Below are positions 51,607 through 62,456 of a DNA stretch of 64,000 bases, one piece after another (positions within the stretch are counted from its first letter, which is position 1; each line of letters starts with the position of its first letter). This DNA comes from Lepidodermella squamata (taxonomy: Eukaryota; Animalia; Gastrotricha): NCBI GenBank assembly GCA_047495785.1, contig JBLDXI010000054.1, forward strand, positions 3,038,001-3,102,000, read 5' to 3'. A model generated the notes under the pieces. The model had not been told where the DNA came from. It worked only from the letters and a program-made list of their open reading frames with translations, and searched no databases. A program made the translations under genes and the position numbers.

Positions 51607-54260
51607 ATGGCCGATATAATTGAAGACAATAGACCGACGTGTTTCGGTATCACAAATCCGAAATGGATTTCCCTTAAAGCCGCGTTTTTCTTGTGCTACG
51701 GCTCCCTCGCAGCCTACGCGCCGTTTATCGTTGTTTTCATGACTTCGATTGGTCTAACAACTTCGCAAATCGCTGTTACCGAGTTCAGTTCGATAGCTGT
51801 TGGTACGATCGCGCGACTTGTTGTCGGGCCTATTGCGGATAAAAGCGAGCGGCACAGCCTGGTTTTAGCCGTCGCAATTCTCGTTTATTTGATACCACTT
51901 TCGGTGATTTTTCTCCTCCCGCTTTGGGCCCCGAATGACGCGAAAAGCTCAGCCACGTTGACTTTGAATTCATCTGGCTTGCAAGAGGTATTTTTTATAC
52001 AAGGGGAAAATCTTGAGTTTACTGGACTATTTTTAAGGTCGAAATCTGCAGCGCAGGATTTGCAAATGTCTCGTCATTTTTGTTCACGGCAAACGACATG
52101 GTGCTACGGAATCAGAATCTTTCTACCTGCGCGATATTTTGCCCGAATTTGAGCAAGTTTTCATGGGTTTCTAAAAAATTTGGCTGACATTTTTGTGTGG
52201 TTCAAACAGGCCTGCCGGACAACCAGGTCGCGGTGAAGAGTTTCTTGAAAGAAATTCGGGCCAATTGCTCCGAGTACGCCTTAGTTGGGGCTGAATCTTT
52301 CACTTCGCTAGCTGTCCAGGCTAATTTCTCATGCATCACGCATTGCTCACACCCTGAAATGGTAATTTTAATGGGCGGAGCGCGGAATCTAATTTTGAAT
52401 AGTTATTCGACCAATAAAGGTCTCTTCATAATTTTAGGGAATTATCATGATTCATCTCCGAAAATTTAAATAAATTTCCCATAGAGAATAGAGTTACCAG
52501 AGATGAAACTCCTATTGGAAACTTGAAGTTTTAATTCTTTCGCCGATTTTCGTAAAATTTCATTATGGCGGATCTTTTCTAAACTCGCGCATAAATGTTT
52601 ACATGTAAAACAAAGGTGTTTTTCCACTCGCTATACCCACTATACCCCATCATGAAATTTTTATTTTTTTATTTTAATCGATGGGGATTGGTTTCAACTT
52701 CAACCAGGTCAAAGGAATCAGCTGGGAAATGCACGGTTTTGACGCCATAGCTGTTTTCCCGAAGGTCACTTTTTTCAGGGTTCAAAAATAGGTGTTTTCG
52801 GCTTGACCTCACGGTCACAGCATGGGTCGGGTTGTCGATTACTTTGGTGGAAAAGATAGAACTGAGTCCATATTATCACCATGTGAAATGATTTGCTTAT
52901 CAAAGCCACCGTTCAAAAATTATTCATGGCTTTTGGATGCATTTTTTTGGTTTGCAGTTTAGAAAAGATCCGCCATAATGAAATTTTACGAAAATCGGCG
53001 AAAGAATTAAAACTTCAAGTTTCCAATAGGAGCTTCATCTCTGGTAACTCTATGAAATTTCCTTATATTTCCGATTTTTTTATTAATTTGTTTCTTGATT
53101 TTTTCATCTATTTTTTAAGCAGGATTTTTTTTTAAGGATTTAGTTATGCATTTTTTCATGTAATTGATATTAATTTTTTAAATTTATTTATATGTTAAAA
53201 TCAATCGCCAGATTTTAAATTTTAAATGAAAACATTATTAGTAAAAAAATCCAATTTTGAAATTTTTCAGGCCACGTTCATTGTGAGAGCGTTCATTTGT
53301 ATCGTCATTCTGCGCATCATAACATCGATGGCGTGTAACCCTGCTTTGAGTCTATTCGATTCCATCGTCTATGACATGTTGGGAAAGGCGAATCGCGATT
53401 TGTACGGCATGCAGCGCCTCTTCGCAGCAATTGCCTGGGGATCAACTGCCGGAATTCTTGGTTACCTGCTCGGATTAACTAATTCTTTTCTTGTTTGCCT
53501 TGTAGCTTTCGATATCTTCTCATTGGGCTTCTTCATCTCTGCCGTTTTTTGGCTTCCAAGACGTGTTTCACCGCCTCGAGTCAGTGAGGAAACAGCTAAA
53601 ATTTCGATTTTTCAATCTTTCAAAATGATTTTCGCCTCGCCTATATTTTGCCTGAATTGCGCTGTAGCTCTGTGTGCCGGAATGTTGGATAGCTGTTCAA
53701 CAGTTTTATCGCCTCAATTCCTGACCGAATTGAATGCGCCGAAGCTTCTCTTCGGAGCGCTGCCTGCAGTATCATGTCTATTCGATATCCCATCGCTGTT
53801 CTTCGCCGGCCATGTGGCGAATAAAATCGGCGAAATGGGCTGTTTCTTACTCATGTTTGCAGGTTATGCCATCCGGTTTGCGGCGACGTCCTTTTTAACA
53901 ACTGATCTCGTTTGGCTGTCACTCGCCATTCAAATCACGCATGTATTTTACTTCACAATTTACTTCCCAGCTGCAACTCGAAGCGCAGCGTCCACAGCTC
54001 CGCCTGGCACGTCTTCCACCGTGCAAGGCATTTCAGCGACTGCCTACAGCGGTATTGGAATGGGCCTTGGCGTAGTGATCGGGTCAGCAATTTACAATTT
54101 AATCGGTGCTAAATTGGCGTTTTTAAGCTTTAGCGGCTTTTCGGGAGCTTGTTTCTTCGCACTTCTCATACTTTATCTTGGCTATTTTCGAGGCTACCAA
54201 CGAGAGAAAGCTATTGAAGCTGAAGTCAAGAAAGAATCTGTTGAGGGCAAATTACTCTAA
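51607..54260 (+). CDS. MFSD6-like MFS transporter, copy 9
   Basis: GPIADKSERH and YGMQRLFAAIAWG; includes a GC-AG intron (52153-52209) and a MITE-bearing intron. Confidence 0.83.
52480..53054. mobile_element. Non-autonomous P-element/hAT-like MITE (575 bp)
   Basis: About 95-bp TIRs starting CATAGAG...TTACCAGAGATGAA; 8-bp TSD AAATTTCC at 52472-52479 and 53055-53062. Confidence 0.88.
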
Positions 54261-54297
54261 TTTAAAAAAATGTGCCAAGTGGACACCCTAAATTCAC

Positions 54298-54677
54298 GGT
54301 TCCAGCACTAGATTTTAGGCTTCAGCGCCAATTATATTTTCCCAAAATTTGTTTTTTTGAATCTTCGATAGAATCTGCATTTTTTTCACGCCCAAGTGAT
54401 AGATCTCACTATTATGCGTAATTTGCGCTATGAGTGGCCAGTTCAAGAGTTCTACTTCGGCCTCCAGAGCCGATATCGATTCCTAGTATCGATTTTTTAA
54501 ATCAGTGATTTTTCCGATATTAACAGCCTGAGAAGCATAAAAATTTGTGTAACTTTTTACCCTAGAATAATTCGGGGTTAAGGGGGTATACCAGTTTCGA
54601 TCAAGAAAAGAAAAAGCCGAAAGCGCAAAAAATCGGGAAATTTTATTGGAAGGACGCTTAAATTTAGTGCTGGAACC
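54298..54677. mobile_element. MITE-like repeat, same family as 14042-14447
   Basis: TIR GGTTCCAGCACTARATTT; internal similarity to the plexin-intron copy; TSD unclear. Confidence 0.7.
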
Positions 54678-54753
54678 TAAATTATTTATTTAAAAAATAA
54701 GTCTTTTTGACAATAAAAAAAATTTTGAATTTTTTTTTGAAATTTTAGGACCA

Positions 54754-57247
54754 ATGTTTGTTATAAATTTGTTGATTTACTGCGTTTTTTCGTCGATTTT
54801 CGATGGCGCAAATTCGCAACGAACCGGTTATTTTACACAACAAACAAATGGCTACCCGTGGCCTCTGCCTGCCAATTTCTCATCGAATCCAGCTCAAAAC
54901 TGCCCGATCAGCAGTACTCTACAATTCGATTTCGGACATCTTTCCCAATGCGATTTGATGGCTGAAGCTGAAAAACGCGCAATTCGCTACATTTTCGGCC
55001 ATTCTTATCAGTCGAAAAACGCGAAAATCGGCCTGAAAAGTTTGCAAGTATCGCTGATCGACTCAAAATATCCGAAAGAATGCGATTCGAACTTCTACCC
55101 GCCTAGTGATGATATGAACGAATCCTACGAAATTACAATAAAATGCCCGGATTCCGCAAAATTAACCGCGAAATCTGTCTGGGGTCTCATTCGAGGCATC
55201 GAAACTTTCAGCCAATTGATCTATTTAGACGACTCAGGGGCTAGAATGATCAATGACACGGTAATCTACGACAAACCAGCTTACCCGTGGCGAGGAATTC
55301 TCCTCGATACCGGGCATCGTTTTCTACCGCTGTCAATTCTGCTGAATAATCTCGAAATTATGGCGATGAATAAGTTCAACGTGTTTCATTGGCATGTTGT
55401 CGATGATCCGTCATTTCCGTGGGTTTCGAAAAAATTCCCGCAACTCTCCCAAAAAGGCGCCTACCCACCCTCGATTTTACACTCGTATTCACCCATGGAT
55501 GTGAAAACTGTCGTCGATCAAGCTAGATTGTTCGGCATTCGAGTGATACCCGAATTCGACACGCCCGGCCATTCGCAGTCGTGGGGCAGTGGCATGCCGG
55601 AGTTGTTGACGGCATGTTACGATAAAAATACCGGCAAACCGAACGGTGATTTCGGCCCGTTTGACCCGTCTAGTCCGACGCTGTTTCGCGATATTGCTGA
55701 AATTTTTCACGAAATTTTCACCGCTTTTCCGGATAATTTTGCGCATCTCGGTGGGGATGAAGCTTTTTACGGCTTTGATTGCTGGCTTAGCAATCCTCGT
55801 ATTCAAAGTTTGATGAAAGCTGTTAATTTAACCAACGGAAATGACGTGCAAAAGTACTACACGGAGCAGCAGTTGAGTGTGTTGAAGATCCTAGATCCAC
55901 ATCGAAAGTTTTTGTTCTGGGAAGAAGTTTTCAACGCGAATATTTCGCTTCCGAAAGATCGAACTGTGGTTCAAGTTTGGTGGAATAATCAAACGCTGCT
56001 GGAAAAAGTGACCGGAAGAGGATTTCGGGCTATTTATTCGACTTGTTGGTACCTCGATGATATTTACAGCAAATACGATTGGCGAGGTCAGTTGTCAGTT
56101 TCGAAAAAATCTTAATTTTCAATTTTTAATAGCTTTTTCCAAGGGTTTTTACGGACAAAAGCAAATTTTTCAACTTTTGAAAATTCGTTTTATTTTCTCA
56201 AAAAATTTCGGAAATTTACAACAAAATTGGGCTAGATGATTCCTGATTCTATTTTTCCTTTTTAATTTTTTGAACAAGGAAATAATCAGGAGGTAATTTC
56301 GGATTTTCATATGCCCTCTAAGTTTTCATATTTTTCCTTAAATTTGGTTCGAATTTTGAGGACAATTTTGAACATCTTACTTGTTATTTCAAGACGAAAC
56401 CATGTTTCTCATCGTTTCTCATTATATTTGGCTTTGGAAATTTGAAACAAAAATGAGCAAGAATAGCCCTTATTTCACGGCAAATTTCGGGAATTTTTCA
56501 ATTTTCTTCCTGATTTTCGACAAATTAAAATATATTTTTCTAGCTGAATAAGAGGTAATTTTAGACGCTCATTTTCATCAGTAACGGCCTTTTCAGTTTC
56601 AAGGTTCCGAAGATCCTCAGCATTGTTGGAATTTTATCCTAAATTTATAATTCTCATTTCAAATTCTTTCAGGCCGCATGTTTACCCGACTTTTCACCTG
56701 ATTTCCAGGTAAATGGTAAATGCCCTGCCAAAGTGATTTTCAAATATTTGACCAAATATATTAGAGGGATCCCTTTTTCTGAAAATCTATTTTACTCTAA
56801 AATTTCCAAGATGAGGTGGAAATTTCATGGAAAATCATGTTTCGTTCTACTCTAAAAATTGAATCACCCACACAGCGTAAATTTTCCAAGGTTTCCCCGT
56901 CCACAATCGTCATTGCTGCATTGTCCTATATCCTGGCTTTTTCAGGTTTCTACGATTGCGATCCGTTGGATTTTTACGCGAAACATCCCGAGCAGAAAAA
57001 GTTGGTTCTAGGTGGCGAGGCGTGCTTGTGGTCGAAATTTGTTGATAGCGTCAACGTGCTGCAACGCCTGTGGCCGCGAGCCAGTGCAGTCGCGGAACGG
57101 CTGTGGACTAACCCGAAATCTACGCCGAAATTGCTCAACTCGCGACTGGAGGAACATCGCTGCCGCATGATCTCGCGAGGAATTCCCGCTCAGCCAATAG
57201 TTGGCCCCGGTTTCTGTAGCAATGAATATTCTGATTTTCATTTTTGA
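54754..57247 (+). CDS. Beta-hexosaminidase-like protein (GH20); exons 54754-56086 and 56946-57247
   Basis: Signal peptide; WPLP, WGLIRGIETFSQL, NKFNVFHWHVVDD, PEFDTPGH, catalytic HLGGDE, WYLD, GGEACLW and WPRASAVAERLW. Confidence 0.93.
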
Positions 57248-57325
57248 ACTATCTCGACCAACTTTCATCTCGACATTTCAACTTTCCAATTTTGAAAATA
57301 AATCTCGTTTTTTATAGAACTTATT

Positions 57326-58011
57326 ATGAGTAAGTCTGCGGTGAATAAAGACAATTTGAAGTCATTGTCCGCTGAGGGCGTATCTTTACCCGAAGATCTT
57401 TCGAATGAAGACGAAGTTTGGATTTTTGAAGCTCCTGTAGATGTAAAATCGCCCTTTCTCTGAAATTTCCTTAGTTTTAATGGTTCTTTTTCATAGTTTG
57501 ACTTGTCTGTTTTGGACGGTAAGAAAATTCACTTCGCCGATGGCCAGATAATCGATAGATCGAATGTAACTCAATTTGCGCTGTTTGATAGTCAGTCTAA
57601 TGAAAATTCTGAAATTAGGGCATGTTCGCGAAACAGCTTCTAGTCGATGATTACAAAACAGCAAGCTCGAACAGCGAACGAGTTGTGCTTCCAGAAAAAT
57701 TTGGCCAGGGTAGCAAATGGCGATATGGTTTGTCTTTTTTCCTAAAACATTATCCGTTTCATTCATGAAATATTTTTTCGATAGCAACTCCTGTTGGCAG
57801 AATTTCGGTAATCGATTGTTTGGAGGATGTTCACAACGAGCAAGTTCCAGCCGCAAATATTGCCAAGTGTCCGAAATTGCCGACGGGGTTGAAAGAGCGG
57901 TATAAGCCTTTTGGCGCTGTGCCGACTGTGAAGCATGGCCGGGTGCAAAAACACGTGAAAAGTGGCGCTTTGTTAGTTCCAAACAAGTCGAAGAAGCATA
58001 GCTCAAAATAA
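57326..58011 (+). CDS. POLR1G: RNA polymerase I subunit RPA34 (CAST/CD3EAP), 4 exons
   Basis: Spliced reading EVWIFEAPVDFDLSVLDGKKI...PKLPTGLKERYKPFGA plus a Lys-rich tail, matching the RPA34 pattern (LWLIxAPxDF...PxGLxxRFxxFG). Confidence 0.72.
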
Positions 58012-58209
58012 CTCTCATTACTATGAACGCAAACATTTTGTTAGAGATTTCAGTGGAATAAAGCTTTGGATTTTGTTAAACATCGGTTAAACAGTATTTT
58101 AATGAAGGTGAAGCCGGATAATATGCCAGGTCGAGATTTCGCAACCGGAAATGGAAAATTCTTGTAAATACAGGCCGAGTGCCAGTTTTATTGTCATAAG
58201 TATAAAGTG

Positions 58210-58540
58210 TACAAAAAAGTTAACAAAAACTGCCTTTTTATGTTTACATTATGTCTCGTGAATTTTCATGTTGACCACAACGTTTAATTTTTGGCGAGAA
58301 ATCCGATTTTTTTCCAAATTTACAGCTAATTATCAAATTTTCGAAAAATCGATTTTCGATAATCGATATTGATTGATTTTCGATAATCGATTATCGATTT
58401 TCGATAATCGATTATCGATTTTTAGCTAATCGCTTTGTTTGATCAGAAATATGAGTTCAGATTCGGATTCCTCGCCACAAATTACACCAGGTGATAAACA
58501 TGGCAATTCACAAGACCAGCTTTTCGTATATCTTTTTTGA
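58210..58540. repeat. Degenerate foldback element with central 21-bp tandem palindromes
   Basis: Imperfect inverted arms ~58250-58310 and ~58460-58518 flank (TTTTCGATAATCGATTATCGA)n at ~58350-58420. Confidence 0.6.
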
Positions 58541-58571
58541 AAATTCATGTCGCCAGCCGCCTTAATGAAGA

Positions 58572-61265
58572 TCAATAATTGTTGTTGTAGATCTCATTTC
58601 GCACAAGGGTGTAAGCGTAAATATGAACAGAGATCAACGCAATAATTGCTACAACAGCAGACACGTTATCAATCAATCGGATCAGCGTAATTTTCAAGCA
58701 GAGATACTTGACTCGAGTCTGGTTGAACTTGTTCGGCGCCTTCTTGTCGAAACTCATCGCAACTGAATTTGTCATATTATGAACAAGCAAGTGGTAAGCC
58801 GTGATTGTTAAAGATATCCAAGTTAGGTAACGTATATAATCAGCCAAAAGCACTGATTGCGATGTATGCGGAATGAACGAAGTTACCTGTGTTTGCCCCA
58901 CAGCCAAAGCTAATAGTAACGTAACAGAAAAAGCTGACCTTTCAGGTCTTATCGGCGGAATAAGATACGAAGACATTTGCAAAAGAGTTAGCATGAAATT
59001 AGGCAAAGCAATGTTCAACAAATAGTAATTTGGCCTCCTGGCAACTGTAATGGTGAACGTTGCGACACTGGACAACGTGCCGTCCTGTTTAACAACCCCC
59101 AACGGCATTTCTTTGCAGCCTGTGATAAGCCATTCAGTGTCGGTTTGCTTTGAAGGACAAAGCATTATCAAATCTGCAAACATAACATTTTGCAGGGCAT
59201 GGCGCATAGTGAAGGTGAAACTGCAATTGGCCGAGTCGAATGGAAATAACGAGAGATCATGAGGGCAGCGCGACGAAAAAAATCCGATCTTGAAATGGTT
59301 GAAGTACAGTGATTGATTGAGGCTGAAGGAATTCGGCGTGAGGGTGACAAAGATTTCCTCGCCATATCCGTCTCCCTTCATCGGTTCATCTTCGATGCTT
59401 GACGTGAACAAGTAGCTAGGTATCCACACTAGCTCGGGGCTTGCCCCGAACAGCCGCTCAGCCCCGCCTTGATTACCGAGTGCGCTGTAGTCAAGCCATG
59501 ATAGTTTGCTCGTCAAACTCAACGAACTGCACGTTGTAACATTCCAATGCAGGAAAATCCGGCCCGATATCACTATTGTTTCATCGACCGAGTAGCTTTC
59601 CATGCGCTGTACGATGAATGTCGTCGATATTGCGTTTGGATTGCCGTTGTTTGGTGGAAACATTATTTCCGGAGCGAAGTCATCGCATGCTTTCACTAAA
59701 TCTTCAATTCTGAACGTGGGGTTGCTTTTTTCTGGCGACATGTTCGCAAGCATTGATTGGAGTAGAGCCATCGGGTCGTCAACTACGTAAGACTTCGGAA
59801 CCAAAGGAGATACCGGTCCAGGGGCTGATGAGATGGAACTCTCATTTCCCGACAAACAAGCCGTCCTTAGTTCAATCAACTGATCCGATGACAGTGCAGC
59901 TCGATGCAAAGATAAACAAGCCGCCTCGACTTTTACCATCGGCCTACCTAGCCGTTTCGCCAGGTTCAAAGTTCCAGACAGCGTCGCAGGTGCGAGAAGT
60001 TGATCCACTAGGTTGAACACAAATTTGTTGTCGCAAAAGCCGCGGAAAGTCTTTTGAGGCGCGTCGTAAACCAGGGCGACAAATTGCCAGGTTTTCATCT
60101 TGCACGGTCCGTTGATGAATGAAGTTGATTCAGGGTTCACAAAAAGGTTATCTGGGCCGGGATAGTTGGCCCAGAAATGAAGAGAAACGCCTCCGCTTGT
60201 CGTTAAGTATTCAATTATAGGCGTCATCTCGCCCTTTGAGTTGATGAAAACCACCCACGTCCAAGAACCGTCTGTTCCCAAGTTCAACAACGGGCTGTTG
60301 AAATTGATATATTGTTGATCATTTGATCCTAACACAACGGCGCTACTATTTTGGCCATTCGGACCTTTGGTGTATGTCAATTCGGGCGCACCAGGGTTCA
60401 ATTTACCGTGCAGGTTATTCCCACTAACGTCGTTCATAGAAAACTTGGCAGACAGCGGCCAGCTCCCCATAGTTCCAAGTAGATTTGTTGGTGGGGTGCA
60501 TGCATGGGCTAGCGTATCAGGTGTATTGAAACCGGCTTGACAAGCCTTCTTAAGCATAAGCAATTCAATCACAGAAGCGTCAGATGAGAAAATGGTCAAG
60601 CAGGAAGCTTGCATTTTCGTCGGAATGTTAAAGCCAACTCGCTTACCCAGGTAGAACGTTTGCGAGTTCATTTTCGCCGGCCCTGTTGCCTTGAGGTGGA
60701 ATATAAAATTGGAATCGCAGAAGCCATGAAATGTTTTTGTATCTGCTTCATAGACTAGGGCGACAAACTGCCATGTCGTAAAGTCGCATGTCTCCTTTAC
60801 AGTATTGAATCCTGAGCCATCCATAGCATTAAGGTAGAAGAGGTTGGGTGGGGATGGCCACCCCGCCCATATGTGAAAACCATATAAACCCGGTGAAATG
60901 TACTCAAGAATTGGGGTTTGTGCACCATTTGATTTGAAAAACAGGGCAAATGTCCACGATTGGCTCGGGTCGAAATCAAATACTGGATTTTTGAAAATTG
61001 GGTACTGGTCATCATTCGGGCCAATGTCGATTGCGGAATTGGGCAATCCGCTTGGACCAGTTGAATAGGTCGGTTCGGAACCTGTTTTACTCCACTGGCC
61101 GTTCAAATTTTTCCCGCTGACGTCATTCAAACAGTACGTAGATGTAAGAGGCCACACAGCAAGTGGCTTTGGAGCTTTCGGCACCATGCTGGCAGGCAGT
61201 TGTGATTCAACAATGCAAAAGCTTGCAACCGCGAGAAAAGCATTTACTGAGAAACGTAGAAACAT
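58572..61265 (-). CDS. Cys-loop (pentameric) ligand-gated ion channel subunit with two N-terminal LamG/pentraxin-like domains; intronless, 897 aa
   Basis: Signal peptide; two ~205-aa repeats (WPL...NDVSG...GP.G...TWQFVALVY...C); VWIPS (loop A); Cys-loop CPHDLSLFPFDSANC (59267-59223); RRPNYYLLNIALP (M1); PERSAFSVTLLLA (M2); M3 and M4. Confidence 0.88.
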   Translation of the reverse strand: MFLRFSVNAFLAVASFCIVESQLPASMVPKAPKPLAVWPLTSTYCLNDVSGKNLNGQWSKTGSEPTYSTGPSGLPNSAIDIGPNDDQYPIFKNPVFDFDPSQSWTFALFFKSNGAQTPILEYISPGLYGFHIWAGWPSPPNLFYLNAMDGSGFNTVKETCDFTTWQFVALVYEADTKTFHGFCDSNFIFHLKATGPAKMNSQTFYLGKRVGFNIPTKMQASCLTIFSSDASVIELLMLKKACQAGFNTPDTLAHACTPPTNLLGTMGSWPLSAKFSMNDVSGNNLHGKLNPGAPELTYTKGPNGQNSSAVVLGSNDQQYINFNSPLLNLGTDGSWTWVVFINSKGEMTPIIEYLTTSGGVSLHFWANYPGPDNLFVNPESTSFINGPCKMKTWQFVALVYDAPQKTFRGFCDNKFVFNLVDQLLAPATLSGTLNLAKRLGRPMVKVEAACLSLHRAALSSDQLIELRTACLSGNESSISSAPGPVSPLVPKSYVVDDPMALLQSMLANMSPEKSNPTFRIEDLVKACDDFAPEIMFPPNNGNPNAISTTFIVQRMESYSVDETIVISGRIFLHWNVTTCSSLSLTSKLSWLDYSALGNQGGAERLFGASPELVWIPSYLFTSSIEDEPMKGDGYGEEIFVTLTPNSFSLNQSLYFNHFKIGFFSSRCPHDLSLFPFDSANCSFTFTMRHALQNVMFADLIMLCPSKQTDTEWLITGCKEMPLGVVKQDGTLSSVATFTITVARRPNYYLLNIALPNFMLTLLQMSSYLIPPIRPERSAFSVTLLLALAVGQTQVTSFIPHTSQSVLLADYIRYLTWISLTITAYHLLVHNMTNSVAMSFDKKAPNKFNQTRVKYLCLKITLIRLIDNVSAVVAIIALISVHIYAYTLVRNEIYNNNY

Positions 61266-61772
61266 TGCGCGTAAGTAAAAAGGGATATGAACAAAAATTC
61301 AGTAGTATTTCGGTCCGTTCTGAAGTCACCTGCTTTTTCATGGGAACCTTCATTTCCTTAAATTTAATATTGCGAGCTTTTAATTTGATTTTATTTTGAG
61401 ATAAAAGTTCATATGACAACTTCCGTGTTCGTTATGAATTTGTTCATTTATATTTATGAGCCATACATCCAGGCCACACAGCAGGAAAAATAGACTGAAT
61501 GTCATTTTATGCTATTTCTTCGCTCAATTTTATAGTTTTTATTGGTCAGATTATATTCCTATCATTGAGATTGGTCTGCGACGTTATGGAATTAAGTAGA
61601 ATCATAAAAAATACCGTCTTAAATATGTGGGCACATCGTTTGATCTAATAAATCTCGCCCTGATTTGCTGATTGCAACTTCGAGCTACAATGATTTTATA
61701 CCGGTAGCACATCACGCCGACGAATCGGCGTTTTGTGAGAGGCTGAAGTGTCACCCATGTCGATCTAACAAG

Positions 61773-62099
61773 TCAGTCTTGGACTTGGTCGAGTAGCTCG
61801 AGTAGCCTCAAGTTAGCTGCGATCGTGTAGGCCACGAGGCCGAGTCCGATAATTGGCAGGACGTAGTTTTTACTGCGGTTGAATCATGGCCGACTTTTTC
61901 CTGATCTATTGTTGATAGCCCCTTGTCTATAATCAGACCAAGAAGCGTAGTGGAGGTTTTTTCTCATCGTCTCGTTCTGTTGCTTCACGTCTTCGTCGTC
62001 GACTTTTCGAATTTTTGATTGCTCGAAAAATCGAAATCGTGCGTACCGCGTAGATGATGAGCCAGAGAGGGGATCCCAATACCCTGTCCTGGCTTCCAT
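61773..62099 (-). CDS. Putative small protein with a C-terminal TM helix, head-to-head with UBA1
   Basis: ORF MEARTGYW...KNLHYAS could splice (weak GTCTGA donor, CCGCAG acceptor) to KNYVLPIIGLGLVAYTIAANLRLLELLDQVQD*. No family recognised; start uncertain. Confidence 0.35.
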
Positions 62100-62456
62100 C
62101 GTCCTAGCATGAGTGGAAGCTTGCGTTTTAAAAATGGTGGAAAAAATCGGTAATTTTGCCGTAAATCGCCACGGTTGACAGGTCCGGCGTTCAGCGTGAA
62201 TCATTAAAAAATCATTAAAAATGCAAAACCTGCAGCATAATAAATAAGTAAATCACAATTAAAGAACAAATTACTATTGTTTTTAAGTTTAATTTATCAA
62301 ATTTAAAAAAATATTGACAAATGATTAATGACCCTCACTCGCCGGCTCACGACGGCGCGCTTTTCTCGAAGTGACAGCATCGTCTCGTCGCGCGACTCGG
62401 CATCTTGTGTGATTGTTTTCGTGTCTGAACAACACAACTGTTCCTGGAATGATTAA

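Noticed and set aside
57491-58036. 181-aa minus-strand ORF and other antisense ORFs over plexin, MFS, Hex and UBA1
   Set aside because: Shadow frames of well-supported genes on the opposite strand, with no motifs of their own.
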